DNA of 64,000 bases from Chrysomallon squamiferum. Its lineage: Eukaryota; Animalia; Mollusca. Positions 14,140 to 26,704 of this stretch are shown piece after piece. Position 1 is the first letter of the stretch. Each line of letters starts with the position of its first letter. The notes beneath the pieces are model-generated. The model had not been told where the DNA came from. It saw only the letters and a program-made list of their open reading frames with translations, and searched no databases. Position numbers and translations under genes: made by a program. The stretch lies in contig CM022671.1 in the NCBI GenBank assembly GCA_012295275.1, positions 11,656,001 to 11,720,000 of the forward strand, given 5' to 3'.

Positions 14140-14285
14140 ATGGATGAGTTAGGAAAAATGGTGTTCAGGAGTTACCATGACTGGATTTTACCAAAGAAAA
14201 TATTGTTGGGGATATTAATATTTTCTGTCATATTTCTTTTTATTGGTATTATACTGCTTGCCATAGCCGGTTCAAGAAATGCTGG
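14140..14285 (+). CDS. Two-TM membrane protein, coding exon 1 (TM1)
   Basis: Strong Kozak accATGg; MDELGKMVFRSYHDWILPKKILLGILIFSVIFLFIGIILLAIAGSRNAG; GG|gtaagt donor in phase 2; preceded by a GC-richer 5' region (~13720-14130) with two CACGTG E-boxes. Confidence 0.8.
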
Positions 14286-15679
14286 GTAAGTTTCGTAGCA
14301 TAATGTCATTACAATAAATATTGTGTTCACATTGAGTTGATAGCCGGTGATAGCTGTTTTCATACGAATACACAATATAAAGTAATGATCCATGGAGTAC
14401 ACTAAATAAATTCTGAAGTCCAAATGGTTTTAAGGCAGCAATCATTTACGTTATCTTTTGTTAACAATTTGAAAAACGTACTGATGTATTAAATACAATA
14501 CTTATATAACCGCCTTCTCTTGACTGCATTGTTTTAGAATCGTTAATGATAATTATTATAATTGAAAAGAGACAATCAGATAAAAATAAGCTTACATTTA
14601 TTTTGGGGTGGGGGGGGCTGGAATAATTTTAGATAGTTATTTTAGATAGATGTTACTGCCATACCGTCTGATCTTCTGTATGTATATCTGTATGTGTTTA
14701 CATATATATATATTAGAAAGAGCTGCAATTTAAAAAAAAATAATAAATATTTAATTTATTATCGATTCAGTTTCTAAAGGAAGTAATATAAATATGATAT
14801 CGTCTATTCTGTTTATTAAAAAAAAGGGGGAAAAATGTGTAATTTAAAAAATTATACTCTCGGCTAAATTACATAATAAAATCCCATTCATCGGTTTCTT
14901 CCTATTAGTAATATACCCGTTTCATTTACAGAATTAATTGACTGCTTCTAGCTTGGTAACCGAATCATTTACTTCACTTGCATCAAAACACTGAGTCGTT
15001 ATTAACGCGCGATGCAGTAAGAGAGGCGTTCCATCGGAGGATAGCCAAACTTAGAACTCTCCTATTGATTCTTTATTTATATCTTCACGTAACGTGCGTT
15101 TCCCCGTCACTGGCACGTTAGATTAATACTCAAAGACTGCAGTTTCTGGCAATAATTGAAATACCATTTGCATTGCCAGTCTGAAAGGCGCCTTGAAAGC
15201 TACGTGGTTACCTCTAAACATATTACAAGGTTTTACCTTAGAATTACACGTAGAAGCAACGAGCCAAGTAGAACTGTTTGTTTTCCTGACAGCTGAGCTC
15301 TGTAAAGTGAGTGGAAACAGCGGCATGCTTTTCTCTCCCTTTTACTGAATTGGCAAACGGGTAATTTAGATTTTTACTAATTTCCATGGCTTGAAGTGAC
15401 TGGCAGTAACGTTTACAAAGAGTCGGTGACCTAATGTGAATGTTTCTCACTAAACATAACTTCATGATGTTTAAGAAAAAGAACATCTCTGTGAAATCAG
15501 TGTAAACTAATGTTAAAAATCCATTAATACAATTTCTATAAACTGTTCACTAATTTCTTTTCTTCTTCTTTTATTAATACGTATATTTTGTCAGTTTAGT
15601 CTTTAAGTCTGGCAGCAGTGCAATGGTTGTATAACAAATCTTTTAATCAGTATGTGTGTGTATATATACCGAAATACCT

Positions 15680-15723
<44 letters not shown>

Positions 15724-15849
15724 CTGTCCTCACAGTAACCCCAAAAACAAAGGAAAACAATTTAAACATGCAACTCACACCACGCAAAAAGATTTAATTA
15801 TATCATTTAAAAAGCATTATTTGAGTAAACGCTTAAATAATGATAATAA

Positions 15850-15895
<46 letters not shown>

Positions 15896-16191
15896 TAAAA
15901 ATTCGTCTGTTTATACATTTTCATTAAAAGATGAGGCATTCATCACACTCTCACTATCTGCTGTAACTGAACACAGTGTCTGAATTAACCTCTAATGACC
16001 AGCAAGTGTTTCACGAAATCATTACAATACCGGATGCCAGAGAAGATGAAATAACTTACACTAAACATTTAATAAAATATGAGAAAGAAAACCATGTTAT
16101 GTTTTCAGTATTACTACTGATTAGCAGATTTATTTCATTTCATTTCCTAATGTTGCTACTGTTATTTTTAAACACCATTACTAGTAAATAC

Positions 16192-17046
16192 TAGCAACAA
16201 AAGTCACTACCAGTCCTTTCAGTCTTATGACGACGCTGCTGTAGCAAGAACAGTCACTACTAGTGCTTTCAGTCTTATGACGACACTGCTGTAGCTACAA
16301 CAGTCACTACTAGTGCTTTCAGTCTTATGACGACGCTGCTGTAGCAACAACAGACACTACTAGTGCTTTCAGTCTTATGACGACACTGCTGTAGCAACAA
16401 CAGTCACTACTAGTGCTTTCAGTTGTATGACGACGCTGCTGTAGCAACAACAGTCACTACTAGTGCTTTCAGTTGTATGACGACGCTGCTGTAGCAACAA
16501 CAGTCACTACTAGTGCTTTCAGTTGTATGACGACACTGCTGTAGCAACAACAATCACTACTAGTGCTTTCAGTGATATGACGACACTGCTGTAGCAACAA
16601 CAGTCACTACTAGTGCTTTCAGTCTTATGACGAAAGTGCTATAGCAACAACAGTCACTACTAGTGCTTTCAGTCTTATGACGACACTGCTGTAGCAACAA
16701 CAGTCACTACTAGTGCTTTCAGTCTTATGACGACGCTGCTGTAGCAACAACAGTCACTACTAGTGCTTTCAGTCTTATGACGACACTGCTGTAGCAACAA
16801 CAGTCACTACTAATGCTTTCAGTCTTATGACGACACTGCTGTAGCAACAACAGTCACTACTAGTGCTTTCAGTCTTATGACGACACTGATGATGCAACAA
16901 CAGTCACTACTAGTGCTTTCAGTCTTATGACGACACTGCTGTAGCAACAACAGTCACTACTAGTGCTTTCAGTCTTATGACGACACTGATGATGCAACAA
17001 CAGTCACTACTAGTGCTTTCAGTCTTATGACGATACCGCTATAGCG
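16192..17046. repeat. 50-bp minisatellite, ~17 copies (agcaacaacagtcactactagtgctttcagtcttatgacgacactgctgt), intronic
   Basis: Exact 50-bp period (e.g. tagtgctttc at 16261 and 16311) with few substitutions. Confidence 0.97.
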
Positions 17047-17699
17047 ACAAACAATTTTTACTAGTATTTTCAGTCGTCTTATTTTTGTGGCTGAACAGTG
17101 TAAATACATATTGTATAATTTTGTTCTTGTTTTATTAAATTTAGTTATCACAGCAAATGTTTCAATATAATAAAAAAAAGTCTGATAAGAAAATAAAAAA
17201 ATTCGTAAAGATTAAATTTTACAATTTATACACATAAAACATAGAAGTACACAACATAGCTGTTTGTATGCATCAGCAAAGCTACATTTTAATAATAATG
17301 TTGGGTCGTGATGGGTTAGTTCTGTTTGGACACGGAGGAGGTGAAATGAATGTAAAATCAGGTTCTGTAAACACTCGAAAGTCAAAGAAAAAAGTAGAAC
17401 ACAACACGAGTAACTCGGTGCATTTCTTTGAAAGTAGATTACTGTTGCTAAACTTAGCTTATTGAAAAAATCGGTTTTTGTTATGGTAATTTTATAATGT
17501 TTGTGTGACCTTGATGCTTTGCTTTTTTTATGTCTGTTGTAAGTTCTTTTATAGAAGATATATAACTGTTTGTTTGTTTGCTTGGTTTTTTTTCCCTTGA
17601 ACAGAACAACAACTACATTTACAAAAACAATAAGTTGCAACTTCAATAAATCAAAATACCCAAGAGTGATTCATCTTTACTAATGAACATCGAATGTGT

Positions 17700-18053
17700 A
17701 AATAGATAAAATGCCCGCTGTTCACTGTATAAAAGAATCCATTAACAAAAGATGTGAAGCATGGTAAATTAATCAAAAGAGATATACGTATGTCAGTGAA
17801 CCCTTATAGTGTACCTCTCTAAAGATTCGGTATGCCGCTTATGATAAATGTTTCAGTGAACTATCTTACATCTAATTAATCGTGTTGTTTTCATGGTTCG
17901 TTTTGTTTATCACAGACCCGTGGTTATGCTACATATAGATAATCTAATTATTTATATATATCTAGCTTCAAGCTTTTGTTTTATTTGTTTTTAAACTCCA
18001 ACCTTTGCTAATAATAAAATATAACAATACATCATAGAAGCTTCTATTTATTT
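17700..18053 (+). mobile_element. Unclassified interspersed repeat, copy A
   Basis: Colinear similarity to 59678-59962 (ttcactgt..aatccattaa..gatgtgaagc.tggta.attaa..gagata..tacgtatgtcagt...ccaacctttg.taataataaaat..aa.a.tacatcat). Confidence 0.7.
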
Positions 18054-18069
18054 CTTATATCATCAATGT

Positions 18070-18072
<3 letters not shown>

Positions 18073-18158
<86 letters not shown>
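18073..18158. repeat. (CT)n microsatellite
   Basis: Perfect ct run. Confidence 0.97.
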
Positions 18159-18162
<4 letters not shown>

Positions 18163-18725
18163 CAAAAATGGCTGAATATGTGGTGTGATTAGCGCTGTTA
18201 TACCAAACACTGAAACATTAGGTGCTGCTGGAACTGGGAAATGCTTCTTTAGACTAGTTTTCATTTACTAAAGGTCAGATATAAATACTAGATTAAATAC
18301 GAGACCATGTAGTACCGAGTTCATCTCTTCTGAAAATACTTAGATAGCTCTGCTTTAGATGTGGAGAGTGAGAGAATAAATTATATAAATCTTTGTTCTT
18401 TATTCGTTATTAAACTACTTATTAAGTCTGTGGCAGAAAATAGGATCTTTCTGTTTTGTCTCACCAAGAAATGTATTCCTATACAGCAACAGTTACAACT
18501 ACTTGTAGAAGCATTATATTCTGGGCATGTGGTCTTAGTGGTAACATAATGTTTAGCAACAGAAAGGAATATAATTTGTTCTTGGCCTTGAAAGAGAAAT
18601 ACAAAACAGTGTTTACTGTATTTATAAATATTTCATATACTTTTGTTGTGACAGAGAAAATGGGAATAGACAAACGTTTATACAGAAATATAGAATGACA
18701 TTTGTAATAATAATAATAATAATAA

Positions 18726-18764
<39 letters not shown>

Positions 18765-20257
18765 TACTTCATGTCGATATTAAAACAAGAGGGAAATAAT
18801 TTGACACCAAAAATTACATATTCTGAACTCTCCTCAGACACATAACACAGAGTGTAGATGTAATGTGAGAGTGTTATTGTGTCGTGCACTGTTTATCCGA
18901 GGTCCCCGTGTTCATTCGCTGGCTCGGTTCCATACAGCGAGTATGTCAGGCGGCTGACTGTTGAAAGACATCGTCAGTGTTCGCAGATAACCTGTTTATC
19001 TCCCCGTTACCTGCGCGTTTCCGAGTTCACTCCAGCGTTATGTGCAGTCCTAGCCTTGACGTAACTCAGTCAGAACCACCAGTTTAATCATCTTTAAAAA
19101 CTGACTTGATATAAAGCTACATTTACGCGTTTGTTATTACATGAAGGGCTCCTCATAACATAACCCAAACTAATTTATCTTTCTTATCAAGTTAAAAGAA
19201 TCGTTTATAACTGGAAGTTTTAGTTTGGGTTGTTAAACTCACATTTAATTTATTTTTATAGATGCTATCCTGTGTTTGTAATTTTATCTTGAAAGACACT
19301 ATCTTAAAATCACCAGATCTAATTTTGAAAAAAATGTAAAGCTTGTATTTGGTTAACGTATTTCAGAAGTATATTTGTATGATTGATTACTGGTTAGTTG
19401 GAGAAAGATTCTAATGCTATTAGCTTTTCAATATAAACAGTGTTCTCTATTTTATTTCAAAGAATATAAATAAAATATTTTCTGTTAGTTATACAAAGCT
19501 CAGAGCTGATTTCAGTTTGGAGATTTTTTTCTTACACAGTATATAATAGCATTTTCTTGTACATCATTTACACACCAACAGACGCACATACGTACACATG
19601 CAACCACATTAATCTTCACCACAATTATACATCACGTATACATTTATACATTTGTATCACGTGTTCACGTTCAGATTTTTAAATGGCATCTAAATCGTTT
19701 AGAAAAACCAAATTGCCTTTACCTCACAGAATATAATTAATTATTTTATCTCTATTATTTAAATAGCTAAGCATTATACAAATCATTCATCGTGTTTTCA
19801 CGACCTGCAAAACATGTTATCGTGGTTTGTCAAACTCCTGACTGCAGATGAACAAAGCTGTCATCACTGTTGTCTGTTTTCTTTTCTCCGGCTTTGTTTC
19901 TGGAAATCACCGACAGCGTCAGACAGAGGATTCCAACAAGTAGCTGCGTTTAACCAACTCGTGAAAAAACGTTTTATTCGCTGCTAACCTGATTAGTGAT
20001 CACTTGGCAGTTCTCGTGTTAGACAGCTGTGTTTTGTGCCAAGAAAACAAATTAAGTGTTTCGGCAAACCCCTTCAAATGTGTTTTCATTTATTGCTTTT
20101 CAGATAATATGAATTTCAGCTAAAAGAGAGCAAATTCTAAGACTCTTTTCGTTAAATTATTTTATTTTATTTATTTTTTAATATTTTTATGTTGTTATGT
20201 TATGTTATTTATTTATTTTTATTGTTGTCATTGTCGTTGTTGTTTTTGCTTTTGCAT

Positions 20258-20259
<2 letters not shown>

Positions 20260-20345
<86 letters not shown>

Positions 20346-20346
20346 T
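20260..20346. repeat. Compound (CT)n(CA)n microsatellite
   Basis: A ct run directly followed by a ca run. Confidence 0.97.
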
Positions 20347-21689
20347 CTCTTGTAATTCATATCATCCTTTTCATTATAGTACTGGAATAATTTCAAAATA
20401 TTGAGAGAATTTTCAGTGCTAGTCAGATTCTGCTTTCCGTGTCAGTGATATAAAAACGCAGCTATCTAACTGTTCATCTGTTATGTCTTTCATCACTTGA
20501 TGTGGCAAATCGTTTATCCAGGCTGTTTCTCCTCTCACTTGATAGACACACACAGTGAGATGTGCTGGTCTCTACAGACTAGATACACAGCTTAACAGCT
20601 TTTGAATCAGCGAGTGTGCGCCGGTAGAGGAAAGAAAAACACTGAAAAAAGAAAAAGATTTCAAGACGTAATAGAAAATAGAGAAAAGAAAGAATAATAA
20701 TAAATATATGTATTTATATAATTTTTAATTTAAAAAAAAAAAATGTTGTTAAGAAAAGAGGACACATACTCGCTGAGTGCCGGGTATGTACATTGTTTGT
20801 AATATAATACGTGTGAATGAGAAAACACTTCAAATTTTCACAAATAAATAAATTAATTAAAATTTATGACACAATTACAGAAAATTATTTGTTTACCAAA
20901 ATTTGGTTTCAACTGTCGTGTCCGTGGAAACCATTTATAAAAATTGTTTTCTTCTGAAAAAAACGTATGGCGAAATTGTACTGAAATTTTCAAGAATTAA
21001 TATCTATGAAAAGTAAGTAAAGACTCTGTATAAAATCCTACAGAAACTGTTTAGTTTGCTCTGCCACTGTGCTGGTATAAGTTAGTCATCGACATGCTCG
21101 TACACAGCTACACCCTCTGTGTCTATTCTGAGTAGAAATCTGCAGCATTCTCTTGGCACACCAGCAAACTGTTTCCATCCGAGAACAACAATGGCAAAAA
21201 GGGAAAAGAAATTTGCCAAAACGATCGGATTTTGATAACATTCTTTTAGAATACTTTACTGCGTTAATTTCTTTTGACTTTGGCAACATTTGCAGAAAGA
21301 CGTTAATTAAAGATAAAAGGAAAAGAATTTGTAAAATTCAGGTTTAATAAAACATAAGCCAACAATTACCGACTATTTTCAGACATATGTTTTTACATTT
21401 AAAATGTACTAATGTTTATTTCCAATGTTCTGTCTTTCTTCTTTGTTATTTTTCTCGCCTTTCTCTTAGCTTTTATGGTCCTCTTTTGTTTGGTCTGACA
21501 ACCAGAAGAGAAACATTAACCCTGACCCTTTAATCCAAAGACCACATTCATAAACACACTTTTAGCACCATTCGGCCTTGGGCTTCACGGACGCGCATTG
21601 AATCAATTACCATTTAGTACTCAAAGTATCGCTTCATTGTTTTATCTGTCTGCTCTTTCCAACACTATGCAGATAAAGAAATTTCGGCT

Positions 21690-21950
21690 ATGGCAGATAT
21701 GAGAAATTTGCTCAGCTCCGTGGCTAGAGTGGACATTGGCTGTTTCTTGTGCCTCTTCTTTAACAGAAGTTAGTCAAAGGCTGTTGTATGTGTTTTCCTG
21801 TCTACGGAAAGGTGGATTTTCCTGTCTACTGCTAAAAGAAAACCCTGATCAGTGAACAGTTCTTCTCCCCTTGTTTCACTACACGATTATGTACGTTACA
21901 CAGCCGTTAGGATGAAGTGGCGCAGCTTTGTCGTTAAACAGCAATCCATC
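21690..21950 (+). mobile_element. Decayed tRNA-derived SINE (Meta/mollusc-type core)
   Basis: caaaggctgttgtatgtgttttcctgtctacggaaaggtg resembles the recalled SINE core caaaggccgtggtatgtgctatcctgtctgtgggatggtg, and ends in a gtcgttaaac-type tail; related to 43538-43680. Family identity is from memory, not a search. Confidence 0.5.
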
Positions 21951-22744
21951 CGTCCTGCAGTTGTTTCTTTTTGAGATATCTTAGTACAAAAAGATCAGAG
22001 TGTACATGTTACTATGAAGAGGTACTTTAAACGCTCCTCTGTAAATGTAAAATGCAATCTTTTTCTAATCACTGTTACTGGGTTTTTATTCCCCTGTTAT
22101 TCCTGGAATAATTCATCCATTACTTCTCTAATTTTCTGCTACTTCAAAAGCAATAAACGTTTTATTTATAAAGTGACTTACGAACTAGGATTACAAGCAT
22201 GCAACTGTGGTAAATAAACTTAATACCGTAGATCATAATTCAATTTATGAAACACAACAGAAGTATTAACAGAAATATTTAACCTTAAGTCTCCCCTTAT
22301 CATAATTAAATAATCTCCTTAATTTTTATTTATTTAAACAAAAATATATATATACCTTTTCACTTTTTATTTCGTGTGGAAATTCGGTTCATAAAGTAAA
22401 AGTAATATCACCCATTTAATTAAAATATAAATAAAACTTACTCATCGTATGTGTCATCGTTAATGTTTTGAAGTTACGAATATAGATAAAATTTTACTAT
22501 CGATTTCTGATATATATATATATATATATAATTAAAAAAATAATTAATTACATTTATTACCCATTACAAACAAAAGCATATAAATATGAACCTTTCACAG
22601 ATTTTATTTTATTTTTTATTGTTTTTTAACAGTGATAAGAAAATAGTTAAACAACAGCGGCAAATTAAAAGTAAGAGCATGGTTTAGCGCTGAGTTTCTC
22701 CACTCTGAAGCAGCTAAGTGAATTAGCATTCTTTGGAGGTTTGC

Positions 22745-23627
22745 CACAGACTCGTATATATTTACACAGACTCGTATATATTTACACTGACTCGTATATA
22801 TTTACACAGACTCGTATATATTTACACTGACTCGTATATATTTACACTGACTCGTATATATTTACACTTTATATTTACACAGACTCGTATATATTTACAC
22901 AGACTCGTATATATTTACACAGACTCGTATATATTTACACAGACTCGTATATATTTACACAGACTCGTATATATTTACACAGACTCGTATATATTTACAC
23001 AGACTCGTATATATTTACACAGACTCGTATATATTTACACAGACTCGTATATATTTACACAGACTCGTATATATTTACACTGACTCGTATATATTTACAC
23101 TGACTCGTATATATTTACACAGACTCGTATATATTTACACAGACTCGTATATATTTACACTGACTCGTATATATTTACACTGACTCGTATATATTTACAC
23201 TGACTCGTATATATTTACACAGACTCGTATATATTTACACTGACTCGTATATATTTACACAGACTCGTATATATTTACACTGACTCGTATATATTTACAC
23301 TGACTCGTATATATTTACACAGACTCGTATATATTTACACTGACTCGTATATATTTACACTGACTCGTATATATTTACACTGACTCGTATATATTTACAC
23401 AGACTCGTATATATTTACACAGACTCGTATATATTTACACAGACTCGTATATATTTACACAGACTCGTATATATTTACACAGACTCGTATATATTTACAC
23501 AGACTCGTATATATTTACACTGACTCGTATATATTTACACAGACTCGTATATATTTACACTGACTCGTATATATTTACACTGACTCGTATATATTTACAC
23601 TGACTCGTATATATTTACACTGACTCG
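22745..23627. repeat. 20-bp minisatellite, ~44 copies (gactcgtatatatttacacW), intronic
   Basis: Near-perfect 20-bp period with an A/T variant at one position and one partial unit near 22865. Confidence 0.98.
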
Positions 23628-23912
23628 ACCCATCCACAGGACTTAAGTGAAAATTAACTTTCTTTACCGCAAGTCAAACAGTTCTGTGTTATTTTGTGTC
23701 ACTGGGCTCCACTTTCTGCACTCAGTACCCCATTTTAGGCTGTCCTTCAGACGAATTATTTAACTTGTTAATATTTAAAGTTTTATTCTTTTCAAATTAA
23801 ACTTGCTATCTGATGTGTATGTTAGTCATTTTACTTCCAAGATAATGGAAAACGTTGATTATTATTATTTTATTATTATTACCATTATTATTATCATCAT
23901 TATCATCATCAC

Positions 23913-23961
<49 letters not shown>

Positions 23962-24185
23962 TATAAAACTAAACCTACTAATATTTGTCTACCTACTAAT
24001 ATTTGTCTTCATTCGAACTGAAAAACTGAATTTCAGAATTAAGTCAAGCATAAGAAGCAATGCCTCCATATAAAACAATTTACATACCAAATAATATAAA
24101 ATTTTATTTAAAATAATTACACAGGTAAAGTGGGTGATGGTAGCAAACTTGATAATCACACTTTTTAACGTGTTTTTTATTTCAG

Positions 24186-24309
24186 AGGTTTGGGTGCGGC
24201 AGGGGCGGTGCTGACAGGACTGGGTGGGTGTGGTTTTATGATACTGTTCCTGCTGTGTCTACACGCCTACTTTGTGTTCTACGTCAACGACGAAGCTACA
24301 CAGACTGGG
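24186..24309 (+). CDS. Two-TM membrane protein, exon 2 (TM2 and DEATQT)
   Basis: ttttttatttcag acceptor in phase 2 joins 14285 (GG+A=Gly); GLGAAGAVLTGLGGCGFMILFLLCLHAYFVFYVNDEATQTG; GC-rich island; gtcagt donor in phase 0. Confidence 0.82.
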
Positions 24310-24404
24310 GTCAGTTATTATATTTTATATAAAATAAACAAGTACTTCAGAAATGTCAATGATTAGGCAGTATTTTTAATTTTTTATATTTTTTATTATT
24401 GTTG

Positions 24405-24477
<73 letters not shown>

Positions 24478-26089
24478 TTATTATTATTATTATTAATTTT
24501 TTAAATGTTATAGAAGATGGACATCATGGATCAAAACATAAATTCATGTTTTCTTTTTTCGTTCAGAGTTGACACTAGACACCCCAAAATTTAAACAAGC
24601 TTTTATTTTACATTTATATTTCTACTTTTATTTCTGTTTCTCTTGTAAAAGTACAGTAACGAAAATCTATTAATCTCATTTTTTTTTTATCTTTAAATCT
24701 CATATATGGAGATACAAAAAAACAAAAAAAACAAAAAAAACATGGATGCCTAGTTAGGAATGTAGATCATTCACCACATAAAAACACAAAATAAAACAAC
24801 ACTCTAGATAATAAAAACGGTCGAGTTAATGTGAGAAGATAAAAATAAACAGAACTTAAATACTTTTTACTCTCAGTAGATCAGTTTCTTGATGATAACG
24901 TGATTGCGACTTCAAAAATACCTGATAAGCAGAACTGAGTTTTTCTGAAATCCGTATCATGTTGTATCAGTTTGGCGATCATTTACATGAAGTTAGCACT
25001 TGAGTCGCGTTGAAGCTGCACGTGATGTGCAGGGACGTGCACATGTTCAGTACTCGAGCAAGTGCAAAGATTTATCTGTGTTTGCAGTTTCAAGTGGAAA
25101 CCAGCTGCAGTGGTGTACGCACTTTACACAAACAGACACATCAAAGTCTGATTTGTGTTAACAATTCGATGATCTTTATTTTGTGGATCCAATCTGGAAA
25201 TGTTTTTAACTAATGCTATCTAATTATGATCGTGTTTGCAGGTTATGTCTACATGTAGAATATAAATAAATAAATAAATCCGCCATCCTATCAATTACCT
25301 TATATAGATATCTGTATTCATACTCGTTGTATCTATTTTTATTGAAGAATCTTAACAAGTTTCTCTGTTCAAAGAATGTTTAAAACTGTTATCTAGACAA
25401 AAGATGTATTTAATCATAACTGAACAGATTCAGCATCTCAGCTTTTCTGATTTTACATATTTTTCTGTTTCTAATTTCCTACATGAATAACTTCCAACCC
25501 CGCAGCATCAGTGAAACAAAGAGCTGTATGTAACTTACTTTGACTATGTTCACAATAACACTGAGAGTAGTTACGTAACCAAACAACAGGCGTTAACACA
25601 TTTTGCTGTATAATCTCTCATTAATAAGCCAGGTTATGAAAACCAACACCTGCTGGCGCTAGTTCAAGAATTTCACCTTGACACCTGTCAGTACTGTCAG
25701 CTTTCGTTCGATCTCAGCTGGAATTCACACTGGCAGAACAGAACCGTTACACGAATACAGTTAATTTTAGTGTTGTATGGTACGCGGACCACTAACTTAA
25801 CAGTTTGCTGTCAGTTCTGTAACTGACGTACTACTCAGAAACATTTAACTATTACACTACTGTCATGACTATCATCATTATCAATACCTTATGCTATATA
25901 TAATTTAATCTGAATGAAAAGTATTTAGCTATTTGCATTGTTATTAACAAAGATGATATAAAGTCAGACATGAGCGTAATAGCTTTCAAAAATGATTATA
26001 CTGAATATAGTTTAGATGATTTTAAAATACATTTCAGTGATGTTTAATTAATCATTATTTCACATATACTTTGTTTTTGTTGCTTTTAG

Positions 26090-26704
26090 GAGACAATGCC
26101 ATCTGAATACGTGTTAGATAACTCTGACATCCCTGCCTACGCTATCGTGAGTAAACCGTCATCACTGAAAGACGGCTCTCTGAAGAAGAACGGCAAACTA
26201 GTCACCAAGAAAGTTACTCTGCCGCCTGACACCGACCTGAGAAACGAGAACAGACCGGCAATAAATACAGTGGCGCCCTCTTTTCAGCAACAGTTCAAAC
26301 ATCCGGCTTATACGGAAGTAAGGAAACATCCTTCACAAGGTCAAGGTTACAGTCGCCAGTCTCCAGGTTACCCACAGCAAGAGCCGTATGCGCAGCCACA
26401 CCTTTCACAGTATCCGAGACAGGTTTATCCCATGGCAAGAAATGAACCAGGATATCCACAACAAATTCAGTCAAGCAGAGTTGGATACGATGACGACTAC
26501 GACAACATGGTCGAATCTGCACCTATGATGACTGAGCAGATTAACGTTAAAAACCTCTGCTACAGACCCGACCCCGATCTACCGGAACCCCAGCCTTTAG
26601 TGTATCCTTCCGCCAAACGTCCAATGGTCTTTGAACAAGCCTCCTCGTCTAAAATGAGTATCTATGATAATGTCCTCTTGTTTTCCAGTAAAGAAGACGC
26701 TTGA
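26090..26704 (+). CDS. Two-TM membrane protein, terminal exon (Pro/Gln/Tyr-rich cytoplasmic tail)
   Basis: tttttgttgcttttag acceptor in phase 0 (ETMPSEY...); 204-codon open frame to TGA; joined CDS 885 nt = 294 aa; AATAAA at 26938. Confidence 0.88.
   Translation, partial: ETMPSEYVLDNSDIPAYAIVSKPSSLKDGSLKKNGKLVTKKVTLPPDTDLRNENRPAINTVAPSFQQQFKHPAYTEVRKHPSQGQGYSRQSPGYPQQEPYAQPHLSQYPRQVYPMARNEPGYPQQIQSSRVGYDDDYDNMVESAPMMTEQINVKNLCYRPDPDLPEPQPLVYPSAKRPMVFEQASSSKMSIYDNVLLFSSKEDA

Noticed and set aside
17212-17646. ORFs 17212-17646 (-) and 17268-17465 (+) inside intron 1
   Set aside because: Low-complexity, no domain, and not needed because 14285 splices in phase directly to 24186.
22733-23083. 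Repetitive RLVYIYTDSYIFTQTRIYLH ORF
   Set aside because: Read-through of the 20-bp minisatellite; T-variant units create stops.
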